From a virus (taxonomy: Duplodnaviria; Caudoviricetes): a stretch of 30,617 bases of DNA. Within the stretch, counting starts at the first letter, position 1, and every line of letters begins with the position of its first letter. The notes beneath the pieces are model-generated. The model was not told the origin of the DNA, ran no database searches, and saw only the letters and a list, made by a program, of their open reading frames with translations. Position numbers and translations under genes: made by a program. Below, piece by piece: positions 16,206-26,165 of this stretch. The stretch is from positions 1 through 30,617 of IMG/VR virus record IMGVR_UViG_3300020235_000165; one strand, written 5' to 3'.

Positions 16206-18243
16206 GAACCCTGCGGGCTTTGCGGGCGTCCCGTATAACGTCTGTGGTGACCTTATCTCCGCAGGAGATGTCGTATATCCTTACTGGTTTGTTTTCGATT
16301 TTCACCAAGCCATAGTTCGGTACTCCATGTGTGACCAGTTTATGGCCGATTTGACGCGTCAAACCACGTGATGGTTCTTCGCCGCTGCGTGTTACATATG
16401 ACATCCCCAACTCCTCCGGTGTGACATAAGGGCAGTCCGTGTCTAGTATAGCCTCCCACTCGTCTTTAAGGTCAATAACAAACTGTTCAATAGAGTCACG
16501 TGCAAGCTCCACCATAAGCTGTCTTTCTCTAGTTTGTGGGGCGTCCGCGCGTGGGTCATATGTAGTAAGATCACGTGACCGTAAATAACGTAGGAATACT
16601 CCAGGACCATTCTTGGGAAGCCATTCGCGTGCAACATGCTCAACCATAGATGCTGGAGCAGGATTGGTTTCCCCGTAACCAATGACAAAGGCTTTACGGT
16701 CGTACTCACCAATGGCGAGGCAATCCATGTTATTTGAAGTGAATGCCATGAGGAAGCACTTCCTAACCTCATACTGAGCCTTATTCTTTTGTTCATACAT
16801 CACCGTTTCAGCAGTTGCTATGTCTTTAAGGAGGTTAGACTCTTTAACCATTTGATCGCGTCTTGACGCGGTAAAGACTTCTTCCATGAAAACATAAGTC
16901 GCAAGTGTCCACGGATTAAAACGTGCAGTGAGGTCGTCACGACGTATTTTCCGTCCCCATTTTCCAAAGATAGGTTTATAGATTCCTTCGAGGAGAAGCG
17001 TCTTACCTGTTCTCCCTCTAGTAGACACAAGCACGATATAGGTGCCTGGAGGTCGACCGGGGTGTTGAACGTTCCAGGCCAAAGTGTCAAGAAATTGGTC
17101 GTATACTCCATCATCATTTATCTGGTGAGCTATGAGCTTTAGTAGTGGCTCAACGTCACCGTCAGACTCCTCTATTGTGTCGTCACGGAATAGGTTAACG
17201 AATTCGCCCTCCACGAATGGAGGGCGACTAGGGTCAAATTCCATGCTTTTGACCACTCTGCGGTCACTCCAAGCTAACCACTCCTCCGGTATGCGTATTT
17301 CCTTTGGATTACCCTTTTGATTGACTACAATTATCCGCCTGTGTCTATAGTTTACGTTCTTGAAATCTCCTGATTTCATCGTAAAGCCAGTTTCTAGCTC
17401 ACATATTTCGCTTGTCTCTCTTACAAGGACGACTTCGGTATTCATTTTAATCAGTTCGGCTAATCTTCCGGTAGGCGTAGCTTCGATTCCGTCTTGTAAA
17501 AGCCAGTCAAGGGTATTGTCTGCACCTTCAGCCTTCCAGAATTCGTTAAGGTCTTGTTTAGCTCCGTCAGTTCCTTCCGGGACATTATGTATTGTAACTC
17601 GCAATCCCCTGTCAATAAGAGCCGACGCAAGGTCGTTTTGAGCTCTCTGGACTTCCCAGTTTGTGGCCGCGTCAGAGTCAAAGATGATGCGGACTTCTTT
17701 AATGCGTTCGATAGGTAGAGCGGCAAGCTCTTGGACCAATCCTTTTTTGGTGTAACCACAAGCGACTCCATTAAGTCCAATGGAATGTCGTCCGGTAAGC
17801 TTATAACTAAGCATCGCCTTGATAACTGACTCATGTATGTCTACCTCTATTTCTTTTTCGTTAATCCAGTCACAATCAGGATGTAACCATGCGTGAAGCG
17901 GCACTTTGGGGGGACAGAACGTCTTACCCCACCCCTTTCGGGTGTCCATTTGGGCAGCAAAGCCCTTTAGGTCGCCTATAACTCGGGCGGATACCCAATC
18001 GATAAGCTTATTAGAGTAATCCCAATGAGGGCAGCAGACAGTATACCTGTTTTGATTTTCTGGTCTAAACTTGTAGATATTAAGGAGGTAGTCGAACGGT
18101 ATTATCCGCCCTCCTATTTTTTGTAAGTCTTGTCCACTAATTCCTCGTTCAATTAAATAAGCCTGTACGTCTACAAATGACTGCGGCTGACTTTCTATTG
18201 ATTGAGTTGGGTGTTGATATCCATAAATCTGTTCGGCTTGCAT
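16189..18243 (-). CDS. Primase-helicase (N-terminal Toprim/DUF3854-like domain + SF3 helicase)
   Basis: Toprim-like HESVIKA, IGLNGV, IIFDSD and KQDLNEF. SF3 Walker A GRTGKT, Walker B FMEE, motif C FTSNN. Confidence 0.85.
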   Translation of the reverse strand: MQAEQIYGYQHPTQSIESQPQSFVDVQAYLIERGISGQDLQKIGGRIIPFDYLLNIYKFRPENQNRYTVCCPHWDYSNKLIDWVSARVIGDLKGFAAQMDTRKGWGKTFCPPKVPLHAWLHPDCDWINEKEIEVDIHESVIKAMLSYKLTGRHSIGLNGVACGYTKKGLVQELAALPIERIKEVRIIFDSDAATNWEVQRAQNDLASALIDRGLRVTIHNVPEGTDGAKQDLNEFWKAEGADNTLDWLLQDGIEATPTGRLAELIKMNTEVVLVRETSEICELETGFTMKSGDFKNVNYRHRRIIVVNQKGNPKEIRIPEEWLAWSDRRVVKSMEFDPSRPPFVEGEFVNLFRDDTIEESDGDVEPLLKLIAHQINDDGVYDQFLDTLAWNVQHPGRPPGTYIVLVSTRGRTGKTLLLEGIYKPIFGKWGRKIRRDDLTARFNPWTLATYVFMEEVFTASRRDQMVKESNLLKDIATAETVMYEQKNKAQYEVRKCFLMAFTSNNMDCLAIGEYDRKAFVIGYGETNPAPASMVEHVAREWLPKNGPGVFLRYLRSRDLTTYDPRADAPQTRERQLMVELARDSIEQFVIDLKDEWEAILDTDCPYVTPEELGMSYVTRSGEEPSRGLTRQIGHKLVTHGVPNYGLVKIENKPVRIYDISCGDKVTTDVIRDARKARRVPKTKF

Positions 18244-18288
18244 CCCCGTACTGTCCTATGTTATACTACGTATTCATAAAACCCTTCG

Positions 18289-18325
18289 CCCCGCCGGGAT
18301 TTACCTCTGCCCTGCGGGGCTTTTT
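18289..18325 (+). terminator. Rho-independent terminator-like hairpin in the primase leader
   Basis: GCCCCGC.GGG...CCC.GCGGGGC followed by TTTTT. Confidence 0.65.
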
Positions 18326-18366
18326 ATTATGCCACATGACTATTGTATCGCACAAGTGAGTTTATA

Positions 18367-19131
18367 ATGGAAATCGTAAATTGTTCCAGCTACGTTCAAC
18401 CAGAAGATAAAATCACAATGAAGCCAGGAAAGTTCTGGAGTCAAGGTCATATACTCGCTGAAGGTGGCGGAGTATATGATGAGGACCATTTAGAAAAACA
18501 CTGTCAAGAAATGCTTACATATCCCCCAGATACATTACACTTGAACAACATGGAAGGAGAGATGGGGACACGTCGTGAGCCGTTGCAATACTTCATTGAT
18601 ACCTCAGACCCAAGCCAAGTCAGCGAAACAGCAGTATCTATTCGTCGGGACACTGCCAGATATATTAACGTCCAGCATCCCTCTATAAGACAAGTGTTCT
18701 ATATGCTGCCGGAGAACTCCGGTGCTGTATACTGGAACCCTAAGAAGTGGGGAGTTCCGGTGATGCAGCGTGAGGTTGACTACTTAGCGGTCAGTAAGTG
18801 GTTGCCTGATATCACCATCAGTGCGTACTGGCCTTTCGCTCCTGACAGCATTAGCAAATGGGACAGAGCTAAGTGGACCACCCAAACAGAATCAGAAATT
18901 TCTAAGGCTAAGATTATTCACGGTAAGAACCCCTATATAACGATAACTGCAAACTCTACTGGTTCTGCATATCGTGAACCACGACAACGTGGACCAGAGC
19001 TGGAGTATAACACTTTCAAATTCATTCTTGATAGCTGTGTCCGTTGGCGGGTTCCTATAATTTACTGGGATTGGACTGGGCATACCCTTGAGTGGTGGAA
19101 TCAAATGCTACTCTGGCAATACTCTAAGTAA
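18367..19131 (+). CDS. Hypothetical protein (~254 aa; possibly an alpha/beta barrel enzyme)
   Basis: Long Trp/Tyr-rich ORF. Start uncertain (TTG 18343 or ATG 18367). Confidence 0.6.
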   Translation: MEIVNCSSYVQPEDKITMKPGKFWSQGHILAEGGGVYDEDHLEKHCQEMLTYPPDTLHLNNMEGEMGTRREPLQYFIDTSDPSQVSETAVSIRRDTARYINVQHPSIRQVFYMLPENSGAVYWNPKKWGVPVMQREVDYLAVSKWLPDITISAYWPFAPDSISKWDRAKWTTQTESEISKAKIIHGKNPYITITANSTGSAYREPRQRGPELEYNTFKFILDSCVRWRVPIIYWDWTGHTLEWWNQMLLWQYSK

Positions 19132-19178
19132 CACTATCACACCTTGTATATAGGCCACCAGCCGGGGCAATGACTCGG

Positions 19179-19207
19179 TTGCTTCCGCTTGCCCTCTATT
19201 ATATAAT
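19179..19207 (+). promoter_or_regulatory. sigma70-type promoter
   Basis: TTGCTT-N17-TATAAT. Confidence 0.65.
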
Positions 19208-19235
19208 TGTAGGGTAGAAGGTAAAGGGTAAACTC

Positions 19236-19439
19236 ATGTTCACAAAAAAGGTAGGGGACCAGATACTTGTTAAAGCAAGTAAGTTCCTAGGCACTCCCGC
19301 AGAATGGGCTGACGTAGTGGAAGTAAACAGCGATCACTACCTTGTCAAAATTGATGGTGAGGACTGGGAAGGAGAGGTAGACCATGATGGTGTGGTTTTG
19401 ATGTCCGGACCATTTGAAGGGTTTGTGAGGGCAGAGTAA
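19236..19439 (+). CDS. Small SH3/Tudor-like hypothetical protein
   Basis: KVGDQILV...ADVVEV...YLVKIDG pattern. Confidence 0.6.
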   Translation: MFTKKVGDQILVKASKFLGTPAEWADVVEVNSDHYLVKIDGEDWEGEVDHDGVVLMSGPFEGFVRAE

Positions 19440-19597
19440 TGATATATGACCACATACCAAGATGTAAAGAATGTACCGGTGAAAGATTACATGGGCAGAG
19501 CGATTATAAGTACCCGGTCTATACTCAGGGTCTGTGTTACAAGCACTGGCAAATATTCTGTGAGGTAAGGGCAAAAAGGGTGAATTGTAATGAATAA
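19439..19597 (+). CDS. Small Zn-finger-like protein (52 aa), not in the ORF track
   Basis: MIYDHIPRCKEC...GLCYKHWQIF...*, with a TAATG overlap with the upstream gene. Confidence 0.55.
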   Translation: MIYDHIPRCKECTGERLHGQSDYKYPVYTQGLCYKHWQIFCEVRAKRVNCNE

Positions 19598-19784
19598 GGA
19601 ACCATGTCTATGTGGCGCAACAGATTGCCCACGTTGTTATCCCGGATGTAATGACCCCCCTGAACAAAATGAGGATGCTGCATACGAGGAGTGGCGGCAA
19701 AAACAGATTGACCGTGGTATGGAAGCACTAGATGAGATAGATACTACGGGCAGGAAAATGGACCGGTATGGGAGCTTAGACTAG
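19590..19784 (+). CDS. Small Cys-rich protein
   Basis: CLCGATDCPRC motif followed by D.AYEEWR. Confidence 0.65.
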   Translation: MNKEPCLCGATDCPRCYPGCNDPPEQNEDAAYEEWRQKQIDRGMEALDEIDTTGRKMDRYGSLD

Positions 19785-19842
19785 CATCAGCCCATGCTCT
19801 ATGGTATAATAGTGTCTGGTAGTTAATATAAGGAGTAGCAAC

Positions 19843-20169
19843 ATGAAAGCAGGTGAACAAGTAGAGGTATGTGAAGTAGATATATGGCTTGTACCTCGGC
19901 CATCGTATGAGCAGAGTGAAGCAAAGCCCGAAAAGGTAGAGCTTCAGGTAGTTGCAAAGGACGCCAAAAGCTATACGGACGGGGCGTTCTTTGTAGGCTC
20001 AGTACCCATAAGTATCTGGCTACCCAGTGATTACGATGAAGTACAGGGGCAAGTGGACGCACTGGAACGGAATAAGGTAGAGCTGAAGGATAACGCTTTA
20101 CTTGGCGAAGAAAGGCTGGACGCTAAGATACAAAGCCTGCTCGCCCTACCGCACCTGACAGATGAATAA
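19843..20169 (+). CDS. Hypothetical protein
   Basis: AAGGAG SD; upstream TAGCAT-N17-TATAAT; C-terminal KIQSLLALPH. Confidence 0.7.
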   Translation: MKAGEQVEVCEVDIWLVPRPSYEQSEAKPEKVELQVVAKDAKSYTDGAFFVGSVPISIWLPSDYDEVQGQVDALERNKVELKDNALLGEERLDAKIQSLLALPHLTDE

Positions 20170-20413
20170 AGCAAGCATTGGAGAAAGGAAAATGAGCAGA
20201 GTAACAGCGAGTAATGGAAAGAAGCACCTGCGTCAAGCGGCGCGGGATTTGCAAAGTGCGAAGGATGACTTAGCGTTTGCTATTAGGGATGTGAACACCG
20301 ACCCTAAGCAATTCGCGCTTGGTTATATTGACGACGTAGAGGCTCGGCTGGCTATGGTGACGCGGGCATTAGCAAAGGCGCGTACATCAATAAGCGGTCA
20401 AGCCGCCGATTAG
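20162..20413 (+). CDS. Hypothetical coiled-coil protein
   Basis: Overlaps the upstream gene. An alternative start at 20192 follows AAGGA. Confidence 0.6.
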   Translation: MNKASIGERKMSRVTASNGKKHLRQAARDLQSAKDDLAFAIRDVNTDPKQFALGYIDDVEARLAMVTRALAKARTSISGQAAD

Positions 20414-20459
20414 CCCGTCGAGCATTACATCATGGCGGGCGGGTACACCAGCCCGCCCC

Positions 20460-20488
20460 TTGCATGAACTTATCGAATGGGCTATACT
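20460..20488 (+). promoter_or_regulatory. sigma70-type promoter of the replication operon
   Basis: TTGCAT-N17-TATACT, preceded by a GGCGGGC/GCCCGCC hairpin. Confidence 0.7.
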
Positions 20489-20511
20489 AGCCCTATAATA
20501 AGGGGATAAAA

Positions 20512-20898
20512 ATGGACCTGGAACAAATGGCTGCACTGGCCGACGAGTATAATGGTACTCGTAAAGCAAGACTTGAACTCAACCGGGAAGCTAAAGTATT
20601 ACAAGATGAGGAAACTCTACTTAAGCTGCAACTAATTGCAGAAATGAAGGAAGCCAAGTCGCGAGGTATAGGGGGTCAAACCTGTACCATTGAATTAAAG
20701 ATTCAGCAAGAACCTACCGTGGAAGACTGGGACCTCGTTAGGGCGTACATTGTTGAAAACAACGCATGGGATTGTATGAATAAAGCATTGAACGCAAAGG
20801 CCATCAAAATTAGGGCTGAGGACGATGTGGTAGTTCCTGGAATTGCATGGTTCCCAGTAGAAAAGTTATCGGTACATCAGCTAAAGGATAATGAGTAA
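20512..20898 (+). CDS. Conserved phage replication-module protein (Gam/Gp157-like architecture)
   Basis: N-terminal coiled coil, V.DWD.V..YI and C-terminal VPGI. Confidence 0.6.
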   Translation: MDLEQMAALADEYNGTRKARLELNREAKVLQDEETLLKLQLIAEMKEAKSRGIGGQTCTIELKIQQEPTVEDWDLVRAYIVENNAWDCMNKALNAKAIKIRAEDDVVVPGIAWFPVEKLSVHQLKDNE

Positions 20899-21611
20899 TG
20901 AGTAAAGAGCTAACAACATGGGAAAAGAGGCTTGCAGACGATGCTAAAGACGTCGCCAAGCTTGAGCAACCCACTACCACTAAGATATCGTTGCGTAATG
21001 GGATTTTATCTATTGACGACCAACCTTTGGAGGGCAACAAAATGATGTGTGTCATAGTTGGCGCACTCCATGAGCAGGTCAAGTATAACGAAGCTTGGTC
21101 ACCAGACAAGGTAATCCCCCCGGCCTGTTATGCTCTACATGCAGAACCGGCAGCGAAAGGGGCAATGGCTCCTGATGACAACGTACCTGTCCCCCTTAAC
21201 GAAGACTGTAATACTTGTCAGCTACGCCAGTTCGGCAAAAACCGTGAAAAACCTGAGTGTCAAAGCCGTAGACGTATCGCAGTGGTGGCCTGGAATAGTG
21301 ACAACACGCTGGCCGATGACATTTATACCATGAGTTTCCCACAGTATAGCTCGGGCAAGCAGTTTTCAGCCTATGCTAATGAGGTATCCCTGCGTGAGCA
21401 GCGACCACCGTGGGGTGTCATTACTGAGGTATCAGCTATGCCTCATCCAAAGTGGCAGTTCTTAGTACAGTACGAAACCAAAGGGCTTGTGCCTGACGAC
21501 GTTATGGGCGCGGTCTATGTAAAAGTGGATGCTGCTCAGGCTGCGTTGTCTATGCCGTATGATATGACCATAAAGGACGAAGCAATACCGTCAGTTAAAG
21601 GAACTAACTAA
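20898..21611 (+). CDS. Putative ssDNA-binding/recombination protein
   Basis: Sits directly upstream of PolA. P.CYA...P...C..C...FG...C...RRIAV pattern. Confidence 0.55.
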   Translation: MSKELTTWEKRLADDAKDVAKLEQPTTTKISLRNGILSIDDQPLEGNKMMCVIVGALHEQVKYNEAWSPDKVIPPACYALHAEPAAKGAMAPDDNVPVPLNEDCNTCQLRQFGKNREKPECQSRRRIAVVAWNSDNTLADDIYTMSFPQYSSGKQFSAYANEVSLREQRPPWGVITEVSAMPHPKWQFLVQYETKGLVPDDVMGAVYVKVDAAQAALSMPYDMTIKDEAIPSVKGTN

Positions 21612-21723
21612 CAATCCCGACCCAGAGTTTCACTGGTTAAGGCGGAGGCGCGACACCGATGCCTGCAAATACCCTCCCGCGCTGGCCGGGGTTGGAGCCG
21701 TCAGCATAGTTAAGGGGAATGGT

Positions 21724-23481
21724 GTGTGGACAATTGACTTTGAGACTGAGGCAATAGATGGGAACACAATTATCAAACCGCCGCGTCCGGTTGGCGTCGC
21801 CATATACAGCGCGACCACTAAGCCAGAGTATTTTCCTATTGAGGTTGGCCGACCCATACTTGAACGAATATGGAATAGTGGTGACGAACTTCTCTTTCAT
21901 AATGCTCCGTTTGACCTTGCTGTGGCGAAAAAGTATCTTGATTTGCCAATGCCTGAATGGAGCCGTATACACGATACCCAGTATCTGGTATATCTTGCCG
22001 ACCCGTATGCTAAGACTCTTAGCCTTAAACCATCTGCCGAAAGGTACTTGGATCTTCCTCCTACAGAACAAGACCATCTACGCGCTTGGATACTTGCCAA
22101 CGTCCCAGAGGCGACCCCAAAAGATTGGGGGGCTTATATTTGCCGCGCTCCATTTGAGCTTGTTAAACCATATGCGGAAGGCGACGTTATACGGACAAAA
22201 GAACTCTACGACCTCCTGATACAAGAGCAGCCGAATGGGGCGTACAACCGGGAACGTCGGTGTATGCCCCTCTTTTATGAGGCTACAGAGCGCGGTATTC
22301 GGGTTGACCAAGAAGAATTAGAACAAGACTTAGAGCTCTACAACGGTGCTCAAAAGTTATGTGATGACTTAATTGCTGGAGTGCTACAATACAATGGCGA
22401 CCCTGACTTACTCAAGGGGGCGACTCTATGTAACGCCCTCGAATCCGCAGGAATTGTCAACCCTGAGGAATGGATACTTACACCAAAATCCGGGCAGCGG
22501 TCAACTGCTAAAGATAACATTATCAAGGTTATCAAAGACCCATATATTCTTGCCCTGCTTCAGTATAAAGGCGTCACCGCTACTATTCTACAGACTTTTA
22601 TGCGTCCTTGGGTGGACAAATGTAGAGCTGACGGGCGGCTGCATCCCAACTGGAATCAGGTTAGGGATACGGAAAGAAGAAAAGGTACTAGGACTGGTCG
22701 GTTATCTAGCGACAACCCTAATCTTCAAAACGTAATGGTTCGGTTTGACGTCCCACATATAGCCGCCCTACCTGACCCTCCCTATATTCGTAAGTACCTA
22801 CTTCCGGAGGAAGGCCATGTCTGGGCAATGAGGGATTTTAGTGGTCAGGAACTCCGCATAGGAGCGCACTATGAAGACGGTAGCCTGATGCAAGCGTATA
22901 AAGACAACCCCCGGTTAGACCCACATGGTCGGGCGCAGGAAATGATTAAGGAACTATATGGTGTTGAGCTATCAAGGAAGGATGTCAAAATTACCGGCTT
23001 CCGTATTATATATGGAGGAGGCGCACCAGCTATCGCCGGAGCTTTGGGACTTAGTATCCCCGAAGGTGCAGCCCTCAAAGCACATTATCTCGGTGCTATG
23101 CCCGGAATCAAAACCCTTATGGATAATGTATCTGCGCGGGGCAGAGCAGGGAAGCATATCACTACATGGGGAGGACGCCATTACTATGCTGAATCTCGTG
23201 ATAAAGCCTATAAGCTGACTAACTATCTAATTCAGGGTAGCGCAGCCGACCAAACGAAACAATGCTGTGCTGACTGGTACTACGAATATAAGCGTCCCCA
23301 AGATATATTTATGGCGACTGTACACGATGAGATTAACATAAGCGTTCCAGCTGATGATATACCTGAGGGTATGCAGCAGTTGAAGAGTGCTATGGACCAA
23401 GACTTTTTTGACGTACCGATGGCAAGCGAGGGCTTGGTCGGTGATAACTGGCACGACCTAAAGGAATATAAAGATGACTGA
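21724..23481 (+). CDS. polA: DNA polymerase family A with 3'-5' exonuclease
   Basis: Exo I DFETE, Exo II HNAPFD, Exo III YAEGD. TGRLSSDNPNLQN; motif A DFSGQELR; motif B RKDVKITGFRIIYG; NYLIQGSAAD; motif C VHDE. Confidence 0.95.
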   Translation: MWTIDFETEAIDGNTIIKPPRPVGVAIYSATTKPEYFPIEVGRPILERIWNSGDELLFHNAPFDLAVAKKYLDLPMPEWSRIHDTQYLVYLADPYAKTLSLKPSAERYLDLPPTEQDHLRAWILANVPEATPKDWGAYICRAPFELVKPYAEGDVIRTKELYDLLIQEQPNGAYNRERRCMPLFYEATERGIRVDQEELEQDLELYNGAQKLCDDLIAGVLQYNGDPDLLKGATLCNALESAGIVNPEEWILTPKSGQRSTAKDNIIKVIKDPYILALLQYKGVTATILQTFMRPWVDKCRADGRLHPNWNQVRDTERRKGTRTGRLSSDNPNLQNVMVRFDVPHIAALPDPPYIRKYLLPEEGHVWAMRDFSGQELRIGAHYEDGSLMQAYKDNPRLDPHGRAQEMIKELYGVELSRKDVKITGFRIIYGGGAPAIAGALGLSIPEGAALKAHYLGAMPGIKTLMDNVSARGRAGKHITTWGGRHYYAESRDKAYKLTNYLIQGSAADQTKQCCADWYYEYKRPQDIFMATVHDEINISVPADDIPEGMQQLKSAMDQDFFDVPMASEGLVGDNWHDLKEYKDD

Positions 23482-24259
23482 CATAGTACAAGGCTCGTGG
23501 CAGGACCACCTTGCAAAGAGGTCTAGCTACCACATAGATATGACTAACTTAGTTCCAACTGGACCAAAGTCATACTCCCAGTTTATATCCCACTCTAAGT
23601 GTGGATACCAATTTGCTGCGAATAAAGTGTGGAAGCACGAGGTTAAGCCAGAAGACCCTGGACCAGCACTGGTAAGAGGTAATGAGGTACATGACTCAAT
23701 CGAGAACTTCTTTAAGGGCAGCGACCACCTACACCCTGACCTTGTCAACTATAAGCAGTGGATGTGGGGGCTGCGACAAGACTATGACTGCTACCCAGAG
23801 TACAAGTGGGCATTCAGGATAGACATGAACGATACATGGACAGCAGTAGACTTTAACGACCCATCAGCTACATGGCGCGGTCTATTTGACCTAAAGCTTA
23901 TTCCTAAACGGAAAGTTGACCGTGATATAGATATACAGGAGTGGAAGACTGGGCGCATATACCCTGACCACAAGTGGCAGCGACGGCTCTACAACACAGC
24001 CTCTATTGAAGATGAACCGGGTTACGATAACTATCAAGTGACAACGGTTTACTTTGACCAGAAAAAGAATGTACCAATGATGTATCCTGGTGGTCGTGGG
24101 TCTAAGGACAGCTTTGACGCCCACAAGTTAGCGAAAGCCGGGTGGCGACATAAGGCTACATTCATGGATTGCCCCGATACATACATACCGAATCCTGGAG
24201 CTCACTGTAGGTGGTGTCCACATAGCAGGTTCAAGGGGGGTCAATGTCCCGTGGGATAA
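23474..24259 (+). CDS. PD-(D/E)XK Cas4-like exonuclease
   Basis: SYS....C, RGNEVH, GLFD, EWKTG, Q..LY and C-terminal PNPGAHCRWC...C (Fe-S ligands). Confidence 0.8.
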   Translation: MTDIVQGSWQDHLAKRSSYHIDMTNLVPTGPKSYSQFISHSKCGYQFAANKVWKHEVKPEDPGPALVRGNEVHDSIENFFKGSDHLHPDLVNYKQWMWGLRQDYDCYPEYKWAFRIDMNDTWTAVDFNDPSATWRGLFDLKLIPKRKVDRDIDIQEWKTGRIYPDHKWQRRLYNTASIEDEPGYDNYQVTTVYFDQKKNVPMMYPGGRGSKDSFDAHKLAKAGWRHKATFMDCPDTYIPNPGAHCRWCPHSRFKGGQCPVG

Positions 24260-24558
24260 GGGAAGAGAGTAAGTTAGAGCGATGGGTAGTTGATGGAGCA
24301 CAGTGCATTCAGCATAAGCTGAGTAACCTAGCCTCCACAGGCTGGCCTGACCGTATCTTTGCGTGGTCGCCCCCACGAGGACATGAGTATGTAGAGTTTA
24401 AGGCTGAGGGGGAGCCACTTAGACCGCTACAGGTATATAGGTGTGAAGAGTTGGCTAAGGTAGGACATAAGGTATTCGTAATTGATAATAGGTTTGATGG
24501 ACAAAGGTATATAGATGGCAGAATGGAACCCACATTCTTACCAAGTAAGGGCGATTAG
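24244..24558 (+). CDS. VRR-NUC domain nuclease
   Basis: ESKLE...GWPDRI...VEFKA...LRPLQ. Confidence 0.85.
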   Translation: MSRGIREESKLERWVVDGAQCIQHKLSNLASTGWPDRIFAWSPPRGHEYVEFKAEGEPLRPLQVYRCEELAKVGHKVFVIDNRFDGQRYIDGRMEPTFLPSKGD

Positions 24559-25897
24559 CTTAATGATGCAACAGGCTGCCCTCGGCCTGTTTATGAAGCC
24601 CGGACTTGGAAAGACTAGTACAGTTCTTGCCGCATTTAAGATTCTTAAAAGTAAGGGACTAATCAGTAAAATGCTATTGATAGCCCCGTTGCGCCCGATG
24701 TATAATGTCTGGCCGCAAGAAATAGAAAAGTGGAGTACATTTCATGGAATCACTTATAGCATTATCCACGGAGATAAGGAAACCGGTCTTTCCAATGATG
24801 CTGACATTTACATCATTAACCCAGAGGGACTTCTTTGGTTGTTTGACCCAAAATTTAAGCGTTTTGACCCAGAGCGATACGATATCCTCTGTGTTGATGA
24901 GAGCACTAGATTCAAAAACTCTCAATCAAAACGCTTTAAGTTACTCCGTAAGCGAATTCCCTACTTCAAGAGACGATGGATTCTTACAGGCTCTCCACAA
25001 CCTCGGGGAATTATGGATTTGTTCTCCCAAATATACATTCTTGATGACGGTAACTCCTTGGGACGATACATCACGCACTTTCGAAATAAGTATTTCTATC
25101 AACCAAACCCGTATGGAAAACAGTATGAATATGTACCCCATGACTGGGCATTTGCTGATATTGTGGAACGAATAGACCCATTAGTTATTCAAATAAATAC
25201 TGAAGACCACCTACAGATGCCCGAACTAATACGGGTCAATACAGTAGTTAGTCTTCCAGACTATGCTAGGGGGATATATGAACAGGTTGAAGATGATTTT
25301 ATTGCTAGAGTCGAGGAAGGGGTTATTGTCGCCCAGAACGCCGCAGCCGCAGGGACTAAGTGCCGCCAGATTGCGAACGGCGCGGTGTATATCGAAACAG
25401 GAGAGGTTCCTAAGAGTAGTAAGCGAGAATACGAAGTAATACATGACACTAAGATTGAAGCTTTGAAAGACTTAATAGAAGAGATAGAAGGACCGGTCAT
25501 AGTGGCCTACGAATTCCGCCATGACGTTGAGCGTATACTTGAAGTTTTCCCTAACGCCAGTGTTATCGGCGGGGGTACATCAGCCAAGAAGGGTAGCGAG
25601 ATCATTGAAGCATTTAACAGGGGCGAGGTTGACATGCTAATAGGTCATCCCGCCAGCATGGGGCATGGGTTGAACCTCCAAGCTGCTTGCTCTACTGTTA
25701 TATTCTTTGGTATACCTTGGAATTTCGAATATTATGAACAACTTATCGGGCGAGTCTGGCGGCAGGGGCAGGCAGCGGAAACGGTCATGGTGTACCATAT
25801 AGTGTGTGCTGGCACACTTGATGAAAAAGTAATACAAGTGCTCCAGGGAAAGGAACGTAGTCAAAAGCGATTATTGGAGGCACTAAGTGATAAGTGA
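24515..25897 (+). CDS. SNF2-family helicase
   Basis: PHSYQ, PGLGKT, DEST, LTGSP, HGLNLQ, QLIGRVWRQGQ. Confidence 0.9.
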   Translation: MAEWNPHSYQVRAISLMMQQAALGLFMKPGLGKTSTVLAAFKILKSKGLISKMLLIAPLRPMYNVWPQEIEKWSTFHGITYSIIHGDKETGLSNDADIYIINPEGLLWLFDPKFKRFDPERYDILCVDESTRFKNSQSKRFKLLRKRIPYFKRRWILTGSPQPRGIMDLFSQIYILDDGNSLGRYITHFRNKYFYQPNPYGKQYEYVPHDWAFADIVERIDPLVIQINTEDHLQMPELIRVNTVVSLPDYARGIYEQVEDDFIARVEEGVIVAQNAAAAGTKCRQIANGAVYIETGEVPKSSKREYEVIHDTKIEALKDLIEEIEGPVIVAYEFRHDVERILEVFPNASVIGGGTSAKKGSEIIEAFNRGEVDMLIGHPASMGHGLNLQAACSTVIFFGIPWNFEYYEQLIGRVWRQGQAAETVMVYHIVCAGTLDEKVIQVLQGKERSQKRLLEALSDK

Positions 25898-26165
25898 ACT
25901 TTTAGCAATTTCTCCGCCAGTTGAAAAGAAGGGGTTAGACCTATTGATGTGGGCAGACGAAGAAGATGTATATGTGGAAGCCATAAGTGCGGAGGGAAAG
26001 GACTTTATGGTGAGCAATGGTGCAGACATTAACCACGAAACTTTTATATTCGAGGTAGATATAGAGCTGGGTGAATTTCTAGGACTTATCCCCGAGCACT
26101 TCTCATATGGAATGGTACTTGATAATGGTGAAGTTGCTAAAATCTTACCCTCGCCCTTGCATTAG
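25887..26165 (+). CDS. Acidic hypothetical protein
   Basis: Overlaps the helicase stop. Asp/Glu-rich, 92 aa. Confidence 0.6.
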   Translation: MISELLAISPPVEKKGLDLLMWADEEDVYVEAISAEGKDFMVSNGADINHETFIFEVDIELGEFLGLIPEHFSYGMVLDNGEVAKILPSPLH

